A DNA stretch of 64,000 nucleotides. Origin: Candidatus Cloacimonadales bacterium (lineage in GTDB: Bacteria > Cloacimonadota > Cloacimonadia > Cloacimonadales > JAFGVF01). The stretch is from contig OY762964.1 of NCBI GenBank assembly GCA_963667035.1, positions 2,688,001-2,752,000 of the forward strand, given 5' to 3'. The notes beneath the pieces are model-generated. The model was given only the letters and a program-made list of their open reading frames with translations, searched no databases and was not told where the DNA came from. A program made the translations under genes and the position numbers. Below, in pieces: positions 10,379 through 19,210 of the stretch; within the stretch, counting starts at the first letter, position 1; the number at the start of each line of letters is the position of its first letter.

Positions 10379-11326
10379 ATGAAAAGAATAATACCAATAT
10401 TGATGTTAGTAGTATTTATAGCAGGTTGTAACCTAACATCAGGAGATAGATGGGGCAATAATACCGTAGTAATTGCCGGAGCCCTTCCTGCAGGTGGATA
10501 TGTTGATGAGATGCATCCGATAGTGATTGGAAAAGCAATTAAAGCTGATGGGGGAGATATCTCCGATTTAGTTTCTGACGATGCTATAGTCAAGTTGATT
10601 AACGTCACTCGTCAGGACACAATTTCTCTGCAATTCTATCTGGGATTTACAGCTGACAATAATGTTAAATACGGATATATAGATGCAGGACTTGAAATGC
10701 TTGTCAATTATGGGGAAACATATAGAATAGAAGCTTCTGTAGACAGTAGTTTTGCTTATGGTGAAACAATAGTTCCTTTAGAAGTATCTGTAAATGTTGA
10801 TGCTCTTGGCAATCAATCGGAAACAAGAGGTTACTCTACGATTTTGAGTGATCCTCTTCCTGAGATTGTTTATGACCAATGCGATGATGATTTTCCTATT
10901 GAGATTACGACAGAAGACAGTCAAACTCAATATGTTAGATATTTACACTATTGTCTCGAAGAGTTTTCTACCGATATTGAATACACTCTCCAAATTTTAG
11001 GTATGGACCATTTGGAAGAAGAGGATGAGGATAACTGGGATCCTGTCATTGGAAGTGGCATTCGAGAGAATAGTTGGACATCGAGATATACTCCCATTAT
11101 GAGTAATGACGGAGAATATATCATCATAGATGATTTCTATGCAAGCGGTTTCAGTTTTTATGGTCGCTATAAGTTCGATATTATCATAATGGATAGAAAC
11201 TACTATATGTATAAAACTGTCCCTGAAGGATTCATTAATGGTGGTATTAACGGTGGAGTGGGATACTTTGGCTCATGTATCGTTAATACATACTACACAA
11301 ATATTGTTAAAGAATACAGCAATTAA
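10379..11326 (+). CDS. Lipoprotein partner of the TBDR (DUF4249-like)
   Basis: Lipobox FIAGC; YGETYRIEA and C-terminal INGGVGYFGS motifs; starts 10 bp after the TBDR. Confidence 0.7.
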   Translation: MKRIIPILMLVVFIAGCNLTSGDRWGNNTVVIAGALPAGGYVDEMHPIVIGKAIKADGGDISDLVSDDAIVKLINVTRQDTISLQFYLGFTADNNVKYGYIDAGLEMLVNYGETYRIEASVDSSFAYGETIVPLEVSVNVDALGNQSETRGYSTILSDPLPEIVYDQCDDDFPIEITTEDSQTQYVRYLHYCLEEFSTDIEYTLQILGMDHLEEEDEDNWDPVIGSGIRENSWTSRYTPIMSNDGEYIIIDDFYASGFSFYGRYKFDIIIMDRNYYMYKTVPEGFINGGINGGVGYFGSCIVNTYYTNIVKEYSN

Positions 11327-11335
11327 TAATTACTA

Positions 11336-11375
11336 TTAATACCCGACTCCGATTAAAATCGGAGTCGGGTATTAA
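11336..11375. repeat. Perfect 19-bp inverted repeat (terminator or REP-like palindrome)
   Basis: TTAATACCCGACTCCGATT-aa-AATCGGAGTCGGGTATTAA, 9 bp after the stop. No U-tail. Confidence 0.85.
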
Positions 11376-11591
11376 ATCAGAACTCTATTTAAGTATAGGA
11401 TTTTGTATGCATTGACACAGATGATGCAGTTTAACAAATGTACTGCAACTCCCCTTAACTGCTGTAACGACAAAATCATTAGAAGTTTTATTCATGTGCT
11501 CAGCTTGTTTATGAATAGGAGGGAATCTCAAAAACATATAGCTCTTCGAGCTATGTGGAGATACTGCGAACTCTTACTCTCTTCCTAATGT

Positions 11592-11721
11592 TCTTTTATA
11601 ACACACGGGAATAATGCGAGATTTTCTCGAGACAAGAGCAGGAATTTCTCGGGCAAAGCCCCGAGTGATTCCCGAGAGAGTCCCGGGAGATTCCCGAGTA
11701 AGTCCCGAGAATTATAAAAGA
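11592..11721. repeat. Palindromic array of ten 11-bp units (copy A)
   Basis: Five CTCGGG-type units (11601-11655) then five inverted CCCGAG-type units (11656-11710), flanked by the inverted repeat TCTTTTATAA/TTATAAAAGA. Confidence 0.85.
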
Positions 11722-11820
11722 GCAATGAATAGTAGTATACTTGAGTAAATAGAGGTAATTGCCATTTATTTAAACTTGACAACTAAATAGTTTTTTAAAT
11801 GGTTATGTAGTGAGGTTCTA

Positions 11821-12492
11821 ATGAAATCTAAGAATAAAGAATACTTTGATCGTGTCTTGTTAATTACTAACCAGAAATTGTCTGAAGAAATTTTTAGTAG
11901 CATCGTGAGTGGTACGGGAGCAATATTAACAGTTACTGCCATGGTTCTGTTAATAGTTTATTCTGCCCTCAAAGGTGATGCAAATAGAGTTGTTGCTTTC
12001 TCACTATGGGGATCCTTCCTGTTTCTGGCTCATATGTTTAGTGTATTAAACCATGCTTTAACGCATAGAAAAGCTAAGAAAGTGTTTCGCATTTTCGATA
12101 GCTTTTCCGGTTACTTAGTATTAATAGGAACTATTATTCCACTAACCTTAATAGGATTCAGTTCTACCTATAAATGGGTAGTTGCAGGAATATTCATTGC
12201 CTACGGTTCGTTGGGAATAGTCCTTAAAACAACTCTTCCTAAAAAAGAACAGCTATATACGGTAGTTTTAAATACTTTGATAGTTATAACATTCGGTATT
12301 TTTGCAAAACTGTTCTATAGAGAACTTCCCATACAAGTTATTCACTACTTTCTTTTAAGTATCGCATTCTGTTTGGTAGGACTTGTTTATAGAGTAATGG
12401 CAGGGATTAAGTTCAATCACGGCATCTATCATTTGATGCTGATATTTGCAAATCTATTTCATTACTTTGCCTTTATGAGATATATGCTGTAG
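11821..12492 (+). CDS. Hemolysin III / PAQR (YqfA/TrhA-like) membrane protein
   Basis: About 7 TM segments; SxxxH (SVLNH), FRIFD and HxxxH (HGIYH) motifs. Confidence 0.8.
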   Translation: MKSKNKEYFDRVLLITNQKLSEEIFSSIVSGTGAILTVTAMVLLIVYSALKGDANRVVAFSLWGSFLFLAHMFSVLNHALTHRKAKKVFRIFDSFSGYLVLIGTIIPLTLIGFSSTYKWVVAGIFIAYGSLGIVLKTTLPKKEQLYTVVLNTLIVITFGIFAKLFYRELPIQVIHYFLLSIAFCLVGLVYRVMAGIKFNHGIYHLMLIFANLFHYFAFMRYML

Positions 12493-12499
12493 GACGTAA

Positions 12500-13573
12500 A
12501 TGAACAAAAAAAAAGATAAGAAACTGATTTCCCACAAAAAGATAAGAATCAGAAATATTGAAGTTGGGGATTTGAATGATTATGATGATATCACCTTCGT
12601 TAAACAGGTGAAAGGTATAAAAAAGCATTCTGATAAAAATGTATCCAGTAAATCCGACCTTAATCTGAAAACAGGTCGGGTAATAGAAATCCAATCAAAC
12701 CACAAATGCCTTGTAGAATTCGAAGACTGTAGTGTTGAAAGCTGTGTGATTGGTGGAAGATTAAAGCAATACAATTTCTCAACTCATGCTTTAGCTGTTG
12801 TAGGTGACCTTGTGAAAGTCGATATGCTAAAGAATAAGAGTTTGAGAATTGAAGAAATTATACCTCGCAAGAACTGCTTTTCACGTTTTTCAGAGGGAGG
12901 ATTTCAGAAAGAAATACCAATAGCAAGTAATCTGGATTTAATAGTAATAACTACGTCATGGGCATATCCGATGATAAAATACGGTTTGATAGATAGATAT
13001 CTTTGCCTTGCAACTAAATATGAGATTACACCTTTAGTCTGCTTAAATAAAATAGATTTGGCTACAGACATAGATTTCGTAAAAGAAGATGTAGCATATT
13101 ATGAAGAAAGCGGTATCAAAATAATATTGACCTCCTGTGAAACCGGATTGGGTATTGAAGAACTAAAGAACGAATTGGCTGGAAAGATTTCATTGTTTAG
13201 CGGTCAATCCGGAGTGGGTAAAAGTTCTATAATCAATCAATTACATCCCGGGCTTGAACTTAAAACGGCAGAGATTAGCGATTTTAACGAGAAAGGACGA
13301 CATACAACAACAAGCTCCACACTCATTAAATGGAACTTTGGGGGGTATCTTGTTGATACTCCCGGTATTAAAACCGTTACACTTCATAGTACGGATTATG
13401 AAAGCATTCCGAACCTGTTCCCTGGGTTTGATAGATTCAATGATAAATGCCAGTTCAGAAATTGTACACATACCCACGAACAACAATGTGGAGTCAAAGA
13501 GGCGGTAGATGCTCTTGAGATTCCTTTGGAACGCTATGAATCATATCTAAGGTTGTTGGATTCCTTGAAATGA
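12500..13573 (+). CDS. rsgA: Ribosome small subunit-dependent GTPase A
   Basis: Circularly permuted GTPase (NKID, GQSGVGKSS, GRHTTT, DTPG) with Zn motif CQFRNCTHTHEQQC. Confidence 0.95.
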   Translation: MNKKKDKKLISHKKIRIRNIEVGDLNDYDDITFVKQVKGIKKHSDKNVSSKSDLNLKTGRVIEIQSNHKCLVEFEDCSVESCVIGGRLKQYNFSTHALAVVGDLVKVDMLKNKSLRIEEIIPRKNCFSRFSEGGFQKEIPIASNLDLIVITTSWAYPMIKYGLIDRYLCLATKYEITPLVCLNKIDLATDIDFVKEDVAYYEESGIKIILTSCETGLGIEELKNELAGKISLFSGQSGVGKSSIINQLHPGLELKTAEISDFNEKGRHTTTSSTLIKWNFGGYLVDTPGIKTVTLHSTDYESIPNLFPGFDRFNDKCQFRNCTHTHEQQCGVKEAVDALEIPLERYESYLRLLDSLK

Positions 13574-14430
13574 AAAACATAATCGCCTATATAAATCCTG
13601 AAAGAGGTAACATTCCTGAAGTTAAGAATATGATTATTGCAATGCACAAAAAGCATAAGATTAACTTCTGGTCACTTCCTCAACAGACAAATCTCTTCCC
13701 CGATACAATTAACTCAGCTACAGAAAAGGAATTGAGAAAACTGAAATGCGATTGTATACTCGTATTCGGAGGAGACGGCTCTATACTTCAAGCAAAAGAT
13801 GCTGCTTTAAAATTTAATACGCCTATTCTTGGAGTTAATCTCGGTAAGCTAGGTTTCTTGGCTGAGACAGATATTGCGGATTTAGAAAAATCGATAGATG
13901 AATTAGTTCAAAATAAGTTTCGCATTCAATCCAGAATGTTGATAAGTGCTCAAGTTTGGCGTAAAAAAGAGATGATATTCTCCGCTCTTGCTTTGAACGA
14001 TGCTGTAATCTATAAGTCTGTATCACCAAAGCTTATTGAAGTAAAGATTCTGGATAATAATCGGCATGTTTTGACTTCCAGATGTGATGGTTTTGTTGCT
14101 GCAACTCCAACAGGTTCTACAGCATATTCTCTTGCGGGTGGAGGTCCGATATTGACTCCCGTAATGGATGCTATTGTAATCACTCCATTGAATCCCCATA
14201 TTATGGCAATAAGACCTATTGTTTTTCCCGCTAGAAATAGAATCAACTTTAAGATGATTGATCAAGAACACAGTTCTATGCTTCAAATAGACGGAGTCAA
14301 TACTATTGAATTGATGGAAGGAGATGTTGTTAGGATAAGAGGAGCTCGCAGAAAAGTGAACTTTATAAAGATGTCTAACAGAACCTTCTACCAGATTCTT
14401 AGAAATAAAATGCATATGGGAAGAATATGA
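13570..14430 (+). CDS. nadK: NAD kinase
   Basis: GGDG, GVNLGKLGFL, LND and TPTGSTAYSLAGGGP motifs. Confidence 0.95.
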   Translation: MKNIIAYINPERGNIPEVKNMIIAMHKKHKINFWSLPQQTNLFPDTINSATEKELRKLKCDCILVFGGDGSILQAKDAALKFNTPILGVNLGKLGFLAETDIADLEKSIDELVQNKFRIQSRMLISAQVWRKKEMIFSALALNDAVIYKSVSPKLIEVKILDNNRHVLTSRCDGFVAATPTGSTAYSLAGGGPILTPVMDAIVITPLNPHIMAIRPIVFPARNRINFKMIDQEHSSMLQIDGVNTIELMEGDVVRIRGARRKVNFIKMSNRTFYQILRNKMHMGRI

Positions 14431-16148
14431 TAAAAAAGATTATACTTTCCAACTTCATCTTAATAGATAAACTAGAAGTCAACTTTAACAAAGGCTTCAA
14501 TGTTATTACGGGTGAAACCGGAGCCGGTAAATCTATTTTAATGGGTGCAATTGATCTTGTGCTTGGCAGTAAGCTTAAGAGTACTGTTGCTTATAATCAA
14601 GAAGAACCGGTTTATTTGCAGGCTGACTTTAGTATCGATAATGATAATCCGGAGCTCATGAGTTTGATAGAAGAGCTTGACTTAGATACTTCCGATGAGG
14701 AGCTCTTCTTTTCCAAAAAGATTAACACGCTAGGCAAAGCAACCAGTTATATAAATGGAATTCGTGTTACAAACAGTGTAATTATAAAGTTTCGTGACCA
14801 ATTGATAGATTTTCATAATCAAAATGATCAGCAATTACTTCTCAAACAGGATTATCAGCTTGATATTCTTGATTCTTATGCTAATATACTCAGTGAAAGA
14901 GATGAGTTTAATAGAGAATTAGACAATCTCAAAGATCTTAGAAAGCAGATAAAAGATTTGATTTCAGAAGAACAGGCTAAAAGAGAGAAACATGATTTAT
15001 ACATGTTTCAGATTAATGAAATAGAAAGCTTTAGCCTGAAAGAAGGTGAAGATACTGATTTAGAAGATGAGATAGAATTGCTTGGTCATGCAGAAGATAT
15101 TATAAAGTACAGTAATGAACTCAGAAATGAAGTTTATGAAAATGATAACTCAATATATGATAAGCTCCAAACAATTACCCGAAGCTTGGGTAATATAAAA
15201 AGCGAGCATTCAGGAATTACAAATCTACGTAAAACTCTTGATGAGGCTTTGGTGATTTTAGATGAGTTGGCAGCGATTGCCGGAGATATACCTGATTCCA
15301 TTGATAGTGATCCTGCTAGATTAGAAGAATTAACTAATCGCTCCGATGCAATCAATGAACTTAAAACTAAGTATCACCGGAACTCTATAGCCGGAATTCT
15401 TGAGTACTATAAAACCATATCACAAGAAGTCTCAAAAGATGTGGCTAATAAAAAGCAATTGGAAGATTTACTGAAGAAAGAGCAACAACAGGTAAAGAAA
15501 CTTAATAATCTGGGAGAGAAGTTGTCCGAATTAAGACAAAAAGCTTCCATTAAGCTGGCAAATGAACTACAAACTCAGATAAGAAAACTAGCAATGCCTG
15601 ATAGTCACTTTCAAATATTAATTGACAAAAAATCCAAACTGCTGACTCCTAATAATTCAGGAGAGAAGGAGTTAGTGAGGAATGGTTTTGATTCAGTAAA
15701 TTTCTTCTTCTCTTCTAATAAGGGAATCGATACTAAGGTATTGAAAAAAGCAGTATCAGGTGGTGAGTTGTCTCGAGTAATGCTTGCTGTAAAAAAAGTA
15801 TTATCGGGATATATAATGAAAAGATTGCTCATCTTTGATGAGATTGATTCCGGTATTGGCGGAAAAACCGCAGATACCATATCCGGTATATTATTTGAAA
15901 TGAGTAGATTTCATCAGATATTATGCATTACTCATCTCCCCCAGATTGCTTCGGTAGGTGAAAATCATTTACATATTAGTAAGGATTCGTCCGGAGAAAA
16001 AACAATGACTGTTATTAGTACTTTGAATGGGGAAAAAAGAGTTGAAGAAATTGCTCGAATGCTTTCAGGTATTGAAAGCTCAATAGCTTTACAGCATGCT
16101 GAAGAATTATTAAAAAGAAATAAATGGAGTAATAATGGCAATAAGTAG
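14427..16148 (+). CDS. recN: DNA repair protein RecN
   Basis: TGETGAGKS Walker A, coiled coil, SGGELSR signature, IFDEIDSGIGG, ITHLPQIA, EEIARMLSG. The nadK-recN order is typical. Confidence 0.95.
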   Translation: MIKKIILSNFILIDKLEVNFNKGFNVITGETGAGKSILMGAIDLVLGSKLKSTVAYNQEEPVYLQADFSIDNDNPELMSLIEELDLDTSDEELFFSKKINTLGKATSYINGIRVTNSVIIKFRDQLIDFHNQNDQQLLLKQDYQLDILDSYANILSERDEFNRELDNLKDLRKQIKDLISEEQAKREKHDLYMFQINEIESFSLKEGEDTDLEDEIELLGHAEDIIKYSNELRNEVYENDNSIYDKLQTITRSLGNIKSEHSGITNLRKTLDEALVILDELAAIAGDIPDSIDSDPARLEELTNRSDAINELKTKYHRNSIAGILEYYKTISQEVSKDVANKKQLEDLLKKEQQQVKKLNNLGEKLSELRQKASIKLANELQTQIRKLAMPDSHFQILIDKKSKLLTPNNSGEKELVRNGFDSVNFFFSSNKGIDTKVLKKAVSGGELSRVMLAVKKVLSGYIMKRLLIFDEIDSGIGGKTADTISGILFEMSRFHQILCITHLPQIASVGENHLHISKDSSGEKTMTVISTLNGEKRVEEIARMLSGIESSIALQHAEELLKRNKWSNNGNK

Positions 16149-17019
16149 AAAAGTTAGTAGAAGTTTAGCTATCTTTATTGTAGGCATTTCAATTGTTATC
16201 GCATTCTATCGTAATCCGGAGCAACCGGTTAATAGAATTAGTAAGGAAAAAGCAGAAACTGTTTTTGAAGAGAATATGAGTCAGTACCATGAATCAATTT
16301 CTTTCGATGTAATTATGGATAGTACCGGTATTGACCATCCTGTGTTTGGGGAAGACTATACAATCCTTTTTCAAGAAAACAAAGGAAATTATCTTAATTA
16401 CGTAATTGAGTCTCCCACAGCTTCAACACCTGAACTTCTTAGCCAAATCAAAGCTGCAGGGTTAACCCAAGGAGAAGAAAGACTAATTGTCAATGCAATC
16501 CCAAAGCAAAAAGCTCAAACATTGCAACGTTTAAGAAAGAGATTTAAAGAACACGAAGAAGCAAGAGCTAATTTCAAGAATAAGCTAATATCAAGTCAAT
16601 ATGGCTTAGACAAGTATAAAGAACTGGTAAAAGATGAAGAAGTTAAACTCGATAGTCTTCAAAGACGTATCGATGATCTTGATGAAGGAACTTATGACAT
16701 AATCATGGTTACTTTCATGAAAAAAATGGCTGAAAAAGTAGGGACGAAAACTAGAGTAACTAAGATGATTATTGATACCATATTCAATATCGCAGCCTTA
16801 TCAATTCTCATTATTGTCCTATTCTATGGTGGTAAACTGTTAAATATGTTCCTTGATTGGTTTGGAGTAGGTTCAAAGAATAAGGGTTATAACTATCGCG
16901 GTTACTATAACGGATATTACAGCAAACCTGATAGTAAGAAAAACAAAGGTAAGAGAAAAGTTAAAAGGATTTATAAAGATAAAGTAGCTTCAGATTCTGA
17001 TAAGAAGCAAGAAGATTAA
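16135..17019 (+). CDS. Hypothetical membrane protein (two TM, coiled coil, Tyr/Gly- then Lys-rich tail)
   Basis: N- and C-proximal hydrophobic helices; overlaps the recN stop; RBS GGAG. Confidence 0.7.
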   Translation: MAISRKVSRSLAIFIVGISIVIAFYRNPEQPVNRISKEKAETVFEENMSQYHESISFDVIMDSTGIDHPVFGEDYTILFQENKGNYLNYVIESPTASTPELLSQIKAAGLTQGEERLIVNAIPKQKAQTLQRLRKRFKEHEEARANFKNKLISSQYGLDKYKELVKDEEVKLDSLQRRIDDLDEGTYDIIMVTFMKKMAEKVGTKTRVTKMIIDTIFNIAALSILIIVLFYGGKLLNMFLDWFGVGSKNKGYNYRGYYNGYYSKPDSKKNKGKRKVKRIYKDKVASDSDKKQED

Positions 17020-17044
17020 ATATAATCCCTAACAGGAGGAGCTT

Positions 17045-17494
17045 ATGAGTTTGTCTCCATGGAATATATGGATGATACTCGGTATAATCTGTATAATAAT
17101 CGAAATACTTGATCCTGCTTTCTTTTTCTTAAGTCTGGGTATAGGATGTATCGCAACGGGATTATTCTCATTGTTCCCGTTTATTTATAATTCAATCCCT
17201 ATTCAAATTGCACTGTTTGCAGTATTCAGTTTCATTGCATTCCTGCTAATGAGAAAGCTTGGTAAAAAAGTCCTTGAGACATCGGGAGAAGAAACAAATG
17301 TCTACGCTCTCAAAGGTAAAATTGGTGTTGTAACTACCGAGATTATAGCAGAGGGAAAAGGATATGTAAAGATCGGAGGAGAAGAGTGGTCGGCAGTAAG
17401 TGATGATAGATCACTAATCCCTATTAACACTAAAGTGGAAATTGTTGATATTTCCGGTAATAAACTTATTGTGAAGAAAATGGAGGTTAACTAA
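17045..17494 (+). CDS. NfeD-like (YbbJ-type) protein
   Basis: Three N-terminal TM segments and an OB-fold with GYVKIGGEEWSA; paired with an SPFH gene. Confidence 0.9.
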   Translation: MSLSPWNIWMILGIICIIIEILDPAFFFLSLGIGCIATGLFSLFPFIYNSIPIQIALFAVFSFIAFLLMRKLGKKVLETSGEETNVYALKGKIGVVTTEIIAEGKGYVKIGGEEWSAVSDDRSLIPINTKVEIVDISGNKLIVKKMEVN

Positions 17495-18429
17495 TGGAAG
17501 TTTTTCTTATAGTTTTAGCAGTTCTAATTATCATCGTTATTTTGAAAGGACTGATTATTGTTCGACAAGCTGAAGTTGTTGTAATAGAACGACTCGGTTC
17601 ATACAATAAAACTTTTAGTAGCGGTTTACATCTTATTGTTCCAATATTTGATAAACCACGCTCAATCACATGGAGGTCTGTAAATACTGACGTAAGAGGT
17701 AGAACCATAATAAATCAAAAAACAGTATCTCGTATTGATTTAAGAGAAACTGTTTATGATTTTCCGCGCCAGAATGTTATTACAAAAGATAATGTTACAA
17801 TTAACATCAATGCACTTCTTTATTTCCAAGTAACCGACCCTTATAAAGCGGTTTATGAGATTAGGAATTTACCTCATGCAATAGAGAAACTCACACAAAC
17901 GACTTTGCGTAATGTTATCGGTGAGCTTGAGCTTGACGCTACGCTTTCATCCAGAGATACTATTAACTCCAAGCTTAGAGATATTCTTGACGAAGCTACC
18001 GATAAGTGGGGAGTTAAAGTTAACCGAGTTGAGTTACAAGATATAGACCCACCGGAGGAAATCAAACAAGCAATGGAAAAACAGATGCGTGCTGAGCGCG
18101 ATAAACGTGCTAAGATACTTGAAGCAGAAGGTGAAAGAGAGTATAAAACAAGGACTGCTGAAGGTATCAAACAAGCAGCTATACGTGAAGCTGAAGGTAA
18201 AGCTCAAGCAAAGATACTGGTTGCAGAAGCTGAAAAGAGAGGGATTGAGCTTATTGAGGAAGCACTTAAAAATTCCAATATAGGTCCCGCTCAATATCAG
18301 TTAATGTTAAAGTATATAAGTGCATTTAATGACATTGTTCAGCAAGGCGACAAAACTGTTGTTATTCCTTACGAATCATCCGCACTTCTCGGTTCAATGA
18401 AAACAATAAAAGAGTTATTCAACCAATAG
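17494..18429 (+). CDS. SPFH/Band 7 (QmcA/YbbK-like) protein
   Basis: VVIERLG, VITKDNV, TTLRNVIG, WGVKVNRVE, AMEKQMRAER motifs; TAATG coupling to the nfeD-like gene. Confidence 0.95.
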   Translation: MEVFLIVLAVLIIIVILKGLIIVRQAEVVVIERLGSYNKTFSSGLHLIVPIFDKPRSITWRSVNTDVRGRTIINQKTVSRIDLRETVYDFPRQNVITKDNVTININALLYFQVTDPYKAVYEIRNLPHAIEKLTQTTLRNVIGELELDATLSSRDTINSKLRDILDEATDKWGVKVNRVELQDIDPPEEIKQAMEKQMRAERDKRAKILEAEGEREYKTRTAEGIKQAAIREAEGKAQAKILVAEAEKRGIELIEEALKNSNIGPAQYQLMLKYISAFNDIVQQGDKTVVIPYESSALLGSMKTIKELFNQ

Positions 18430-18439
18430 ATTATTATTC

Positions 18440-18471
18440 AAGAGACCTTTGCGAAAGCAGAGGTCTTTTTT
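18440..18471. terminator. Intrinsic terminator between convergent SPFH and nrdG genes
   Basis: AAGAGACCTTTGC-gaaa-GCAGAGGTCTTTT with a T-run. Confidence 0.8.
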
Positions 18472-19159
18472 ATCTTACTTCCAGTTTAATGGATTTTGCT
18501 GAAGCATAATTATGCAATTCGTCAATTATTAAGCTATCCAGACCGGTTCTTTTCTTATATTCAGGATTTAATGTTGCTATCGACTGGAATTGTTGAAGGT
18601 AGTATTTTTCTTCTTGTAGGAGTAAATCAATACAGTTCTTTATTATTTCTAGAGAATGTAATCCCGATACGATAGTGGTTCTAAATTCATAATCTTTGGC
18701 ATATTCCCTGATAATCTCCATAGACTCTATCATTTCATTGTAATAATCGAAACCTCCCGAAGCCATTTTGAATGACTCGAAGTCAGCTTTAATATCCATA
18801 GCTACATAATCAATAATGCCCTTTTTAAGGATTTTTTGTAGCAATAAAGGTCTAGTGCCATTTGTATCCAGTTTTACTGAAAAACCAAGCTTTTTAATTG
18901 TCTCAATTAATTCTAGAAGCTGTTCATGAAGTAGTGGCTCTCCTCCTGTGAAGGTTACGGCATCAAGTTTCCCTAATCTTGTTCTTAAAAAAGAGAGTAA
19001 TGTTTCTTCATTGATTAACCTGCTATACTGTTCAGGCAGAACTAAAGACGGATTATGGCAAAAAGGGCATCTGAGATTACAACCTCTGGTAAAGACTACT
19101 GCAGTTAATTTCCCCGGATAATCTATCATTGAGAATTTCTGGATTTGAGATATATACAT
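18470..19159 (-). CDS. nrdG: Anaerobic ribonucleotide reductase activating enzyme (radical SAM)
   Basis: CNLRCPFCHN, TGGEP and DTNG motifs; directly downstream of nrdD. Confidence 0.9.
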   Translation of the reverse strand: MYISQIQKFSMIDYPGKLTAVVFTRGCNLRCPFCHNPSLVLPEQYSRLINEETLLSFLRTRLGKLDAVTFTGGEPLLHEQLLELIETIKKLGFSVKLDTNGTRPLLLQKILKKGIIDYVAMDIKADFESFKMASGGFDYYNEMIESMEIIREYAKDYEFRTTIVSGLHSLEIIKNCIDLLLQEEKYYLQQFQSIATLNPEYKKRTGLDSLIIDELHNYASAKSIKLEVR

Positions 19160-19170
19160 ATTTTAAAAAG

Positions 19171-19197
19171 ACAAGGGAACTGTCTCCAGTCCCTTGT
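19171..19197 (-). terminator. Intra-operon stem-loop between nrdD and nrdG
   Basis: Minus strand ACAAGGGACTG-gaga-CAGTTCCCTTGT (one bulge) followed by CTTTTT. Confidence 0.55.
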
Positions 19198-19210
19198 TAA
19201 CGAAGTTTGA

